NCBI RefSeq assembly: GCF_006345805.1
Contig: NC_043014.1
Span: 15,314,001-15,378,000, forward strand
From: Octopus sinensis
Taxonomy: Eukaryota
Direction: 5' to 3'
DNA: 64,000 bases
Made by a program: the position numbers and the translations under genes. The stretch's first letter is position 1. Each line of letters opens with the position of its first letter. A model generated the notes under the pieces. That model was not told the DNA's origin. It saw only the letters and a program-made list of their open reading frames with translations, and did not search any database. This document shows, piece after piece, positions 24,681-37,904 of the stretch.

Positions 24681-24858
24681 AGCTTATACTATATATACGT
24701 GAAGTATTTCTCGTTATTAATATATTTATCCCACGCTACACAGAGTACCGCATACATAACAATCCCATAACACTTAAGTGGGCAGGTTCGGAATAATATA
24801 CGGCAACCAGCAACAAGTAGCATAGGAGCTTTTATGACGGCACAACCATTTGCCATAT

Positions 24859-25241
24859 GGAAGCACTCCGTCGGTTACGACGACGAGGGTTCCGATTGAT
24901 CCGATCAACGGAACAGCCTGCTCGTGAAATTAACGTGTAAGTGGCTGAGCACTCCACAGACACGTGTACCCTTAACGTAGTTCTCGGGGATATTCAGCGT
25001 GACACAGAGAGTGACAAGGCCGGCCCTTTGAAATACAGGTACAACAGAAACAGGAAGTAAGAGTGAGAGAAAGTTGTGGTGAAAGAGTACAGCAGGGATC
25101 ACCACCATCCCCTGCCGGAGCCTCGTGGAACTTTTAGGTGTTTTCGCTCAATAAACACTCACAACGCCCGGTCTGGAAATCGAAACCACGATCCTACGAC
25201 CGCGAGTCCGCTGCCCTAACCACTGGGCCATTGCGCCTCCA
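24859..25241 (-). mobile_element. SINE family C, full-length with TSD
   Basis: 12-bp TSD catttgccatat at 24847-24858 and 25242-25253; reverse complement of 43982-44363. Confidence 0.95.
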
Positions 25242-25730
25242 CATTTGCCATATACAAAATATACATTTGTCGTATACAAAGACATATAAATTATTAAGGT
25301 GGCTTTTTCGCAATTTATAACCAAAAGGCACAAGTATAGTCGTCAGTAGGGTGACTAAAACACCAGTACTGGTAGTCAGCACCAGTCTTAGTGAGAAATA
25401 AGAGTCAGAACAACTCATTTTTGCCAGCTGAGTGGACTGGAGCAACGTGAAATAAAGTGTTTTACTCAAGAACACAATGCATTGACCGGTCTAGGAATCG
25501 AAACCACAATCTTACGATCGCAACTACAACAGTCTGACCATTAAGCCGACCGCTTTCACTGCATACACCTACATTCATACATACATACATACATACATAC
25601 ATACATACATACATACATACATACATACATACATACATACATACATACATACATACATACATCATACACCTACATTCATACATACATACATACATACATA
25701 CATACATACATACATCAAACTTACAGAAAA

Positions 25731-25906
25731 CAAAAGATGAAGACAGGTGAGGGAACAACAAGCAGATAAATTAGTTTGACGCTCAGGAAGACTGCAGATG
25801 TCTTTGACGTTTCGAGCCTACGCTACTAGACAGAAAGGGATGATAGGAAAAAATGGAGAGAACGAAAAAAACACAGAGAGAAAAAAATGTGTAGGGATTA
25901 ACGGTT
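25731..25906 (-). mobile_element. H1-related (CTTT/AAAG) element, hammerhead-like motif 25802-25837
   Basis: Homologous to 63801-63968; minus: CTTT-CTGTCTA-GTAGC-GTAG-GCTC-GAAAC-GTC-AAAG. Confidence 0.65.
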
Positions 25907-25950
25907 AAGAATATAAAATTTATATTATATTGTTTTTTTTTGCGATTAAT

Positions 25951-26014
<64 letters not shown>

Positions 26015-26049
26015 TATATATATATATATATTATATATATATATATAAT

Positions 26050-26205
26050 TAATCGCAAAAAAAACAATGAGAGGACGTGGTACATGCATAGTATTAACAG
26101 ACGCTCAGGGAAGGAAAGAAAGGTTGTTTTACGTTTCGAGCAAAGCTCAGAGGAAAGTCCAAGAGGAAAGGAAAACATGAAAAAAAACCGCCAACAATCC
26201 GTATG
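26050..26205 (-). mobile_element. Family H1 element with deleted hammerhead core
   Basis: gaggacgtgg..gacgctcagg..tttacgtttcgagcaaagctc retained; CUGANGA segment missing. Confidence 0.6.
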
Positions 26206-27409
26206 TAGTTACATTTTGAAATGTATATATATATATACGTGTATATGTGTATGTATATATATATATACATACACACACACTCACACACACATAGACATAC
26301 ATCTATCTGTGCCTATCTATCTATAAATATATATATATATATATATATTATATTATATACATATGTGTGCGTGTGTGTGTATATATATATGTGTGTGTGT
26401 GTGTGTATGTATATGTATATATCTATATATATATATATATACATACACACATATACATGTATGTGTACATATATATATATACCTGTATCTATGTATGTAT
26501 GATTTATGTATGTGTATATGTGTGTCACTTTTAAAAGTCATCCTCTACAGATTTTCTATAGAAATCAGAGCCATGACTGATTTGTTACGTTTCGTATCCG
26601 AATACGTCTAATGTAAAACAATGCGATGGAAGATAGAAAAATAGGTAATGGTTGTACATGCACATTTCAGGACTTCTTGCTCTTTCTTCCGCACCACATC
26701 CAGTTGCCAGGAATGTGTTTTTAATATGTAAATTGGGCATATCCAATAGTGTTCGTGGTTGGTTAATCGTACAATGGGCTTCCCTCAGTTTCTGTCTATC
26801 AAATCCACTCGCAAGGCTTTGGTCGGCCCTGGTTATTTCTAGAAGACTATAGAAGGCTGTTGTAGCTGAACAAAGCTTTGTGAGTGGATGTTTGACGGAA
26901 ACTGTGTGGAAGCCTGTAGTATATGTCGCGTATATGTGTGTGTGAGTGTCTTCATATTTGTGTCTCTCCCCCCACGGCTTGACAAGTGTTGGTTTGTTTA
27001 CATCCCCGTAACTTAGCGGCTCGGTAAAAGATACCGATAGAATAAGTACAAGATTTAATTTTTAGAAAAATTACTGGGGTCGATTCGTTCGACTTAAAAC
27101 CCTGGGAGGTGGAGTCCAATAGTTGAAATAAGACACACAGACACACGCACACAGACTTATGTAGGTCAGTACTTCTAAATAAACAAACACCTATGTGATC
27201 TTTTTTAATAGTTCGCTAATTAACTGGTAAAGAAAAATCAATTTTTTTGTTATAAACAAACGAATCCAGTTTGTTTTTGTTGCTTTCTTTTTTTTTTTTC
27301 GAACGGTAATAAAAACTGAAAAAGAAGGATCAACAGAAATATAATAAAGAATAATTTCTTGAAGTAAAAGCTCTTGCTTAGAATTGAATCCATTCTGAAA
27401 TTTCTTAGA

Positions 27410-27730
27410 CCAGTGGTTATCCACCAAGGTCTATATGGCCCTGAAAGTCCATATAAGATTTTGCAGGGTCCACTCAAACGATGTAGTACATTGAGGATCC
27501 ACAATGGTATTGTAAGGACCCCACAAAATATTTTGCTTTTAATGTATGTATTGGTATGTTTTGCAAGAAACAGCTAGGTTTCTTTACATAGTTCAACCTA
27601 CTCAAGATAAGGGTGAAAAAGAAAATACGTATTTTGAAAGTTTTAAAACATCGAATGGCTATGGCGGTCCACCAGGATCAAATAGTAATCTAAGGGGGCC
27701 CATAGATGAAAAGTATTGAGAACCCCTGCT
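27410..27730. mobile_element. hAT-like MITE
   Basis: cagtggttatcca ... ttgagaacccctg; flanks tcttagac/ctttagac (partial 8-bp TSD). Confidence 0.6.
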
Positions 27731-28017
27731 TTAGACGCCACTCTAGACGTTGTTTTTGCAATTCAGTGAGACTTTGTGTTAGTGTATACGTGTATCTATT
27801 AATATACGTATATGTATGACATATATCAATAGATATAGTAAAGAAAAGGGAAGCACTTTTGCAAATCCCTGCTATCAATATATCTAATTCGTAGATATAT
27901 TTATCTTAAGAAGAAAATTATATTTTTAAGTTGAAATTCCTACTTAAGTGTATGTGTGTATAGATATAGATAAATAGATATTTCCTCTTTCTCTTTCTCT
28001 CTCATATATATATATAT

Positions 28018-28079
<62 letters not shown>

Positions 28080-28274
28080 AGAGATAGAACCTCCATAAGG
28101 TAATTCAATTAATACTGAATGATATTATATAAATTCAAATATATTATTATTAACGATGTACTAAAAGTTTCTACACATTAAAACGACGACGCGCGTTTCG
28201 TGACTATGTATACGAATCTACAATATCAAAAATTAATATTTAATATTTCTTTGATCCAACAATATATATATATA

Positions 28275-28640
28275 TTACTTGTTTCGGTCATTTGACTGCA
28301 GCTATGCTTTGAAGAGCATTTTTTTTTTGTCGAGTGAATCTGCCCCAGTACTTTTTTTGACGAGACTGGTACTATTCTATCGGTCTCTTTTGTCGAATGG
28401 CTAGTTTACAGAGACGCCAACACACTAACACTGGTTGTCAAGCGGTGGTGGGGACAGACACACACACACATACATATATATACACCACGAGCCTCTTTTT
28501 CAATTTCTATCTACCAAGTCCACTCACAGAGATTTAGTCGGCCCGAGGTTATAGTAGAAGACATTTGCCTAAGGTGCCACGCAGTGGGACTGAACCTGGA
28601 ACCACGTGGGTGGGAGGCAAACGTCTTACCACACGGCCAC
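28275..28640 (-). mobile_element. SINE family A, diverged
   Basis: Head, CORE-like segment and 3' domain in reverse. Confidence 0.85.
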
Positions 28641-28809
28641 TGATGAATTTTGGAAACTTTATAAACCGTGATATTCCAAGTATTAAGAGTATTATTTGTG
28701 TTTCTGATATGACTTTATGGAAGGTCTTCTCAAAACAACAGTTATTAAGTTTTCAGGCTGGATTCTCAAGCGTAACTAGCCGAGACAATGCATAATACTA
28801 TGCGTGAAA

Positions 28810-29030
28810 AATCCATCTTGTGATTCTTTCCTACGACATTCTAATCACATGTCCGTAGAACCGGAGCTTCTCAATGCAGAGAAGTAGCGGCTCGACATTT
28901 CGAGTTTCCTCGAAATCAACGTTTAACAAATTTCCACGTGAGGTGAGCAATTTATGGCGATCCTTTGGTGTTGATCTCCTGAGTATCGGTCGGTATGAGG
29001 AAACGGTATCACTCACCCTCTTTTTCAGCT
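28810..29030 (-). mobile_element. RTE-type LINE C-terminal remnant
   Basis: ORF-track peptide EETRNVEPLLLCIEKLRFYGHVIRM resembles the RTE-clade LRWFGHVxRM region. Confidence 0.65.
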
Positions 29031-29149
29031 TGTTCTCGTTGTCTGTCTCACGAGGGACAGTTGTGTGGGTGAATGACGTCGTCTACCAATACCGAAGGAT
29101 CGCCTAATTTATATCTGTGGGGTTATTTTGTAGATATTCGTTTTCTGTT

Positions 29150-29475
29150 TATCCTTTTAATTGTTTCAGTCATTTGACTGCGGCCATGCTGAAGCACCGC
29201 CTTGAGGGGTTTTTTAGTCGAACAAATCGACCCCAGAACTTAAGCCGAGTCCCTGTTCTATCAGACTCTTTTGCTGAACCGCTATGTCAAGGGGTCATAA
29301 ACACACCAACATCGGTTGTCAAGCGGTGATGGGGGACAAACAGACACACACACACACGACGAGTTTCTTTCAGTTTCCGTCGACCAAATCCACTCACGAG
29401 GCATTGGTCGGCCCGAGGCTATAGCAGAAGACACCCGCCCAAGATGCCACAGTGAACCCTGTGGTTGGGAAGCAA
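29150..29475 (-). mobile_element. SINE family A
   Basis: Reverse-complement match to family A. Confidence 0.88.
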
Positions 29476-29780
29476 GCTTCTTACCACAGCCACCTGAATG
29501 GGATTTTAGAGACTACGTCAGCGAGCAGTCTCAAGCTGTAATCTGGGAGGAAAGTTACCCGCATCAGTGTCTACACACTGTGTTTGACGGCATTTCAGAT
29601 GCACAGGCATTTCAGATGCACCCCGAATTCAGTAAAATCTGCCAAAAAATATCAAAGCCTGCCGTCTTCAAAAACGTTCTTATAATTAATACACATATGA
29701 TGATGTAGTCTTACCGTCATCAATTTAAACCTCTTTGATCGTAGATCTGATCTGTTACTGCTGCCCGCTGACTCGGGACG

Positions 29781-30599
29781 CGAAACTTCTTTCCCACGAG
29801 TGTTCCGGACCCCAGTAATGAACTCATTTGCATACAGCCAATCAGAGCTCAACTTGAACTTGTTGTCAAGTTAACAAAGGTTCGTATTCAAAATGGCGAC
29901 CTCCGATTGCCATACGAATCCTGTATTGTGCTCTCATTCAACGCTGGTTGGCGGTAAGTTTGAATTACCAAAAATCTCTAGTCAGTATGAAGACAATTGG
30001 TGTGCAACCAACTGCAACATCCAGGCAAAAGATGGTTGATGGTGGCAGAAACCGCATCGGTGCTGGCAGACCGTTGAGGGATTGTTTGAAAAGTGTGAAA
30101 GGAAAGGTGCCGTTCAACTCTCAGATTATGCCCAGACGCAAAGCTCATCATATAACTTTCGTGAATGTGTTTAAAAACAACCAATCTCTTGGTAAAACAC
30201 ACTCTACCAAGTAAACACAAGACGAAGAACGGTGTTATAAGTCGCCCGATCGCCAAGTTATGTCTGATTTTAGAAGGAGACAAGTAATTAGATAGATTTG
30301 CATCTATACCTATTATCGGGTTTTGTTAGGGCCCTATATGGTAAAGATGTGGATAGAGAATGATGTCCTAGCAACCCTCTCCCCTTACTGTTTTACAAAG
30401 TAAACAATACAAATAACTACGTAGAGACAGCTATGGTTGAAACAGGAAGAAAAACAACAATCATTCTTAAAAGAGAAAAGAAGCATGGTCATTCTTTATC
30501 CAAGTGACCTCATAAATTAGTTCGATAGCTGAGCTCTGGTTGGCTGTATGCAAATGAGTTCATAACTGGGGTCCGGAACTCTCGTGGGGAAAAATTTCG
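29781..30599. mobile_element. Element bounded by ~70-bp inverted repeats containing octamer and CCAAT motifs
   Basis: Arm 29781-29851 is the reverse complement of 30530-30599 with few mismatches; ATTTGCAT at 29826-29833 and ATGCAAAT at 30548-30555. Confidence 0.65.
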
Positions 30600-31634
30600 T
30601 ACACGGTACTAAACAAGAAGCTGTGGACGCGTAACACTTCAGTACACAAGCACTCAAAACAAAATCAGGCGTACCAACTCAAACGTATAAACACACACAC
30701 TCGCACGGCAGTAAAAGATAACAACTAAATCTCCCTCGAATCATTCTCTAAGTCTGAAAACTGTTTTTTATTGAAGCGCAGAGTCAACGATTTCAAATGG
30801 GGGTGGAATTAACTGATTACATCTACTTATACTTTATTTTATGATCCCCCAAGTTGACCATGAACTGGATTTGAACGCAAGACAAATTTTCCGACGCTCT
30901 AACGATTCTGCCAACTCATCGCTTTACGCTACGTATGAAAATAAGACGGGAGGGATGGTTACGACTGGAACGCCTTCGGTTATAAATATATACATAGAAC
31001 TGCTTGTCCACGGGCTGGCTTCGGGTTAAATAAACAACAACAAGCAGTTTGTTTTACAAGAATCGTCAATAAATAGAACGCAACAGCCTTAGCAACGAAC
31101 GAAGAAAGTCACGCAAAACAAATAAAACGTTGAAAGTTTTCTCATCAAACATCATAAATGGCGACCGGCGCTTCGGCAAGACAGACAGACAGACAAACAC
31201 AGAAACAAACAAACACACACACACACACAGCTACAGACATTTAAAAACAAACAAACATACAAGATTCACGCAAAAACGACGAACCATAGGCGTCTCTATC
31301 AACTAAATTAAACCTCTTCACAAATCGAACACTACTGTTTCAAAATGAAGAGGGAGAAAATATTGACATTGGGTAATGGACGAATTCTTAAACGTACTCG
31401 TAAAAAGCATACTACAGATGGTTGGCGGGGCAGATGGCGAATCACTCGATGATCACTGTTACAATGCATTTTTTTTTATTATAAAAGTTTGCTAGACCTA
31501 GATAAAAGAGTTGGCCAGATGCTTACAAACAAGACAAAAAATTTACTACTACTTCCTTTTTAGATTCTACACACTATTATTTTCTTCCGTCGATCACACT
31601 TCCTCTTTCTTTGCTTCTAAACTGCATACCTATA

Positions 31635-31990
31635 CACATTCATTAGTCATTTGACTGCGGCCGTGCTGAAGCACCGTCATGAGGGGTTTTTAGTCGAAAA
31701 AAAAATCGACCCACCACTTATATTTTTTAAGCCTAATACTTATTCTATCGGTCTCTTTTCCCGAACCACTAAGTTACGGGCAAGTAAACTCACCATCGGT
31801 TATCAAGCGGTGGTAGGAGGCAAACAGACAAAAACACACACACACGACAGGCTTCTTTCAATTTCCGTCTCCCAAATCCATCCACCCACAAAGCTTTGGT
31901 CGGCCCGAAGCTACAGTAGAAGAAAGACACTTGCCCAAGGTGTCACGCAGTGGGACTGAACCCGGAACCATGTGGTTGGGAAGCAAGCTT
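31635..31990 (-). mobile_element. SINE family A
   Basis: Reverse-complement match to family A. Confidence 0.88.
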
Positions 31991-34925
31991 ACGTGTGTAT
32001 AAGTCGCACTATTTTATACTTGACTTTAAATAAAAGAAAAAAAATGGGGTGTGGACTCGAACAAGGGACAAAGCTATGAAGGGAAAAAATTTTGTACCAA
32101 GATTTCGTACTAAATTAGGGGTGCAACGAATACACGACTTAACACGATAAATATATACATACCTATGTTATTTTCCTCTTGACTTACGAATAAAATCGTG
32201 TCTAAATGCACGTACGAAAATATATATAATACCTAAACAAGTGTTTATCAAGGCGGTGCTCCAGTATATCCGCAATCAAATGATTAAAACAGGTAAAAAG
32301 AGTAAAAAGTGAACACACACACACACATACATACATACATATATATAACGGGCTATTCCATCGTTTACGTTCTTGCATATACGTCATATATTAAGTGTCA
32401 TATATTAAGAAAAACTATTGGTGTGTCTTGACAGCAAGAAACGTGAAAGTCTGTGTACACACACAGACAGGGAAAAGGGTTAACAGATAGACAGTCTCAA
32501 GATTTACAGCAACAAAAAATAAAATCTAACGAAATACACCCAACCATATTTCTATATCCAGGGTGGACAAAAAGTTGGATGTTGAACTATATAATAGAAA
32601 AAAAGTGATACAAGTGTGTATGTGTGTGCGCGTGTTTGTTAAATAGTGGAGTAAGGGCATGCACTGAGTCGGTCGGTGCCAAATCTATTTTGTTTTTAAA
32701 GTCTTTTTTTTATTTTACAAGAAAGTCCAGACATGACTATAGTGACACATGGCTGATGAGAAAGAGAAGAGGAAGGGCGGAGAGAAGTATAGTGAAAAGT
32801 GTGTGGGGGGAAACGAAGAGAGGGAGAAAGAGAGAGAGAGAGAGATTACTGTGCAAAAGGATAGAGAGAAAGTGAACGAATGAGACAGTTACGAAGGGAG
32901 ATAGTGAAAGAGTGAGTCAGAAGGGAAAGATGCATGTATGTGTGTGAACATGCATATACATATGTGTGTGTGTGTATGTGTGCGTAGTGTAGTGAGGAGA
33001 AAAAAGAGATAAACAGAGGCATAGTGTTAGTAAAAAGAGAGGATAAGAGGAGTAGGAAGAGGAGGAAAACCAAGAAAACAAGGTCAGCTGATAGGAGGGA
33101 AAGCTAGGAGGAGGAGAGGAGGGTTTGTAACTTGCTGGGGAAGGGGAGGAGGCGAGAATGAGATGGGAGACGCACGGTTGTTTTTTTTATATTATTTTCG
33201 TTCTTCTAATTTCTTTTATGTTTGTTATTTTTTGGTCGGGTTAGAAGTAGTAAGTTTCTGTAACCAAGAGGGAGGAGGAGAAAGAGTAAAGAATAGATGT
33301 AGTGATGATAGTGGTGGTGGTGATGATGATGATGATGGTGATGGTGATGTCGGTGGTACGAGAGAGGGTTCGTGGGACTGTCGATTTGGGAGTAATCATT
33401 ACAACGAAAAGTGGTGCCTGCTCTAGTGACTGTGGTAGCGGTGGTGGTAGTGGTGGTGGTGGTGATGGTGATGGTAGCGATAGTACAAACGTGGTGATGG
33501 ATGGATGGATAGTGGTTGGAGGGCAGAGAGGAGGAGGAGGAGCAGCGCCGAGTGGAAGCGGGAGGGGGGGCAAATGAGTCGTAGTAAGTAGTAGTAGTAA
33601 GTTTTTTTTTTATTTTTACTTTTTTCCTCTAGATTGGGATAACCTTTCCTGTTATTTTGGTTTATTTATTGTTTTTTACAGTGTGTGCACACAGAAACCG
33701 AGAGGCATGCAAGGATAGAAGTGAGGGGAAGGGGGGGGGAATAACCCCCCCGAAAAAAAAAGGAGGGGAGAACGAGGTGGGATGTGGAGGAGAGAGAGAG
33801 GGGGGAGAAAAGGGAGGAGGAGGAAGAAGAGAAAGACGACGGAGAGAAAGAAACAGAAAAAGAGATAGAGATGTGTTGAAAAAACAAGTTGCCAGACAGA
33901 TTGATATATACATATGTGTGTGCGTGTGCGGGCATACGTATATATATATATATATATATAATATATATATATATATAGATAAATAGATAGGGAGAGACAG
34001 ACAGAGAGGGCAATACGACCTACATATGAAAAATTACCCAGGCACCTTTTAAGTAGAAGTGGAGTCGGGAGGTAAATAAAATAGCATCTTGGGAGTTTCC
34101 ACCGCCTTGACGGTGAGCCTACACGTGTTTAAGCTTGTGTATAACACACACATATGAATGTATATATATATATATATATATATATAGTGTGTGTGTGTGT
34201 GTGTGTGTGTGTGAGAGAAAGAGAGATTGTCAGCATAGCGTGCGTGTGATTGTCTTTCTATACAATGCACGAAGTTATAGTAAGTCACATAAACTTGCGT
34301 GTCTCCAACAGTAAAGAATAAAAGAAAAGAAATTAACCATCGGTTTCCACTGTACACACATCAATATTTCATACGCTACTCAGTCGTGAAAACTACATAC
34401 AGCAACAAAACTATTTTAATATGTATGAATATAATTATACATACATACACACACACACAAACATTGACTAGACGCTTTTTTTTACAAACTGAATTGAGTA
34501 CGTAGCATACATAGAGAGAAACTTTATAGATTATCATCGATGTATATTTGTGTACTTATAAGAAAAATACCCAAGCTACGTGTATGAATGTGTGTGTAAC
34601 GTATTTAAAGTACAGTTTGATCATACACTTCTTTTTTTCTGTGTGTATATATATATGTGTGTGTGTGAGTTTATGTATATGTATATATATAGATGTGTGT
34701 GTGTGTATATTTATGGACTGTCTTCTATACAAACCGACACTAAACGAATAAAATATGCTATCAAGGCTTATAGACTTTATACAAAAAAGCATAAACAGTA
34801 AAATGCCTGTATATATATCGTATATAATCGCTAAATACATATATATACCGTTGTCAAAACACACATATACTTACATACTATCGGGCCCAAAACTACACAC
34901 AGTTCATATAACATACATTGGTATA

Positions 34926-35006
<81 letters not shown>

Positions 35007-35175
35007 GGCGACATATATATACATACATGTAGTATGCATACATATTGTTGAAATTATATTTATTTACTGCGGTTTTTTTTCACACGCTCCTTCATAATAA
35101 CCCTGGGCTTGAACCTTACCGTCCGTCCCCAATGTTTTAAGATCCCTTCGGTGGTTAATAAAGAGAACACGCATA

Positions 35176-35208
<33 letters not shown>

Positions 35209-35340
35209 TGTCTCTTTGTGTGTTTTTGCGTTCTTGTCCCACTTTGTAATTTATATTTTATATTTAATTTCTATACATATACATATATATATATATATGC
35301 ATATATATATATATATATATATATACACGCATATATATAT

Positions 35341-35373
<33 letters not shown>

Positions 35374-37899
35374 GCGTGTGTGTGTGCACATATGTAATTA
35401 ATTTAATGAAAGATACATTACATGTATATAATATAATATTATATATTAATTTAATGACAGCTACATACATATGAGAATAAGGGGCAGCAGTAAAATAGTA
35501 ACCCCGAAGTAATAGTAATATTAGTAGTAGTAGTAAAAAGTAGCTAGCAGTAGTAGTAATAGTGATAGTAGCAGTAGCAGTAGTAGTAGTAGTAGTAGAG
35601 AACAAAAAGTTTGTTGTGAAAAACTTTTTATTAGTTTTTTCCTTTCAAGTGTTTGTTGTTGCCTTGAAAAGTTACTGATAAAAGATGGTAAAGCAGTAGC
35701 GGAATAGTGGCAGAGGAGGGGAGAGAGTGGGGAATAGGTGGACAAGAACGAAAAATAAAAAAAATATATGATAGGGAAGAGGGGGGGGAGAAATAATGAG
35801 AATAATGATAATAATAATAATTTGGAAAGATATAAGCCAAGATTTACATAGTTTAGAGAGAGCCATGGAGCCAGTGGTGATGATGGTGGTGGTAGAGGTG
35901 TATACAGTCGATTAAATCTACTAATTGCTTACTACTACTACTATTACTACAATTACTACTACTTCGAGTAGTAGTAGTAGTAGTAGTAGTAGTAAGAGGA
36001 ATAGTAGTAACAGTATGAAATGCGGGAGGAAAAACAAAAAAAATAAAGTCAACTTCCCATCTGATGGTAAAAGTTTAAAGTTTTTGCTTATTATCCATCC
36101 CATCCCCTTCCTCGGTCAGAGCAGGATTAGTCGTTCCAGCCATGACCATCATGATTTGTTTTGTTTGTATTTGAGTATCAGTGTAACGGTAAATGTAGTG
36201 TGTTCATTTGAGAGAGAGAGAGTTTGACTGCTATCTCTAGCAGATCTAGCGACTCCTGTGACGCTTCCCTTTATTGGCTCTCAAAGTAAATACTAATAAT
36301 AATGGTTTCAAATTTTGACACATAGCCAGCAGTTTTTGAGGAGAGAGAGGGAAGTCGATTACAACGACCTCAACACATGACTGGTACCTATTTTATCGAT
36401 CTCGACAAGACGAACGGCAAATCGACCCGGCGTTATTACAACTCAGAACGTAAAACCAGAAGAAATGCTCTCACGCATTTTGTCCGGCACGCTAACGATT
36501 TAAACCGTATTTTAATATAGGCACAAGGTTTGAAATTTGTGGGTGCAAAGGACAATTGATGATATCGATCCCAGAGTTTTGGTTGGTACTTAATTTTACT
36601 TGCCCCTTCAAGCCCGATGGACGAAAAACAAGACCGATCTCAGCGATATTTGAACACATAACAGAATGTAAAAAAGCCGGAAAATAATAATAATAACTGT
36701 TTCAAATAATTTGGGCATAGGGCCAATAATTTTAGCATTAAATGGGGTTAGTTGAAACCATAGACCCTCGGAATTGACTGGTACTTTATTTTATCGACCT
36801 CCGAAATTATGAAAAGCTAAGTGGACCCCGGCTGGATCTGGAGCCGGGATAGGAAAACAAAAACTTGTATTTCTTCCAACGCTCTAACGGATTCTGTGAA
36901 TCCACCAACCTAAGTTTCTCGACTTAGAACAAGACCAGCAATCCTGAAAAGAAGTGAGGTTAGTATAGACCAGTGGTTCCCAACTGGGCTCCATATGACC
37001 CTTGGGGTTCCCTTATAAGATTTTGCTGTTAAAATTTATTTACAATAAATTGCTTATACTTGTACAAAATATTTTAACAACTCATAATTCCTAATAATAT
37101 TTAATTATGAAAATATAATTATAGAATTTTTTAAACACTGAACGGTTATGAGGGTCCATCAAAGTAGAATGGGAATCAAAGGGGTCCACAGGTAAAAAAA
37201 AATGGTTAAGAACCATTTTTCCCTACTTGACTGGTACTTCAATTCCTCGACTCCCAGAGGGATGAGACAAACTTAACCTCGAATAATACTAACTTCATGT
37301 ATTTTATACGAGTATAAATAATATTCTAACCAAATCGATTTACCCCAGTATTATAACTGGTATCCACGGCACACAACCGCACAAGTTTGTGGTGAAAGGG
37401 GGGTCCTTCTACTTTTTTTCGGTTATCGCGGTCAAGGCCATGTAGGAGCCCCACTTACGGGTAGTGAGGCGGTGGTGGTGGATGTGGTGGTATGTAAAGG
37501 TCCTGTTGAAATCGGACAAGTGATATTGATAGAAACATCAATCGATTGGCCACAAAGGTGACAGATGAAGAGATGATTTGGGACATGTTAACAAAAATGA
37601 AAGAGTGAGGTGGAGTTTACAAAGAATCGAATATGAGAAACAAACACGTATTTTAATTAGAAACAGCAATAATCAAATAGTGTAAAGACACAAGAAGTCA
37701 AAACTTTAAGTACGTTGATGGACAGAAGATCAAATCGACCCTAGTACTTGACTGCTATTCGTTTCATCGAACCCCCAAATTCTCATTCCCCCTACGCCAA
37801 AAGAAATTATATTAAAAAGGTAATAATAACGTTTGTAGTACAATAGTACTATTAATGATACAAATAGATAAAAGATAATAATAATAGTTTGTCACTTAC

Positions 37900-37904
37900 G
37901 TCAT
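37900..37904 (-). CDS. Candidate start codon plus donor (ATGAC|gtaagt) ending a CT-rich leader exon
   Basis: aaacATGAC|GTAAGT consensus donor; preceded on minus by (CT)/(CAA)-rich unique sequence 37905-38400; also readable as a TGACGTAA motif. Confidence 0.25.

Noticed and set aside
28180-28225. GAAACGCG Penelope-like terminal motif on minus
   Set aside because: No CUGANGA core or stem I; too degenerate to call.
29948-30283. ORFs inside the inverted-repeat element as a transposase
   Set aside because: No DDE or tyrosine-recombinase motifs recognisable; short and near-cognate starts.
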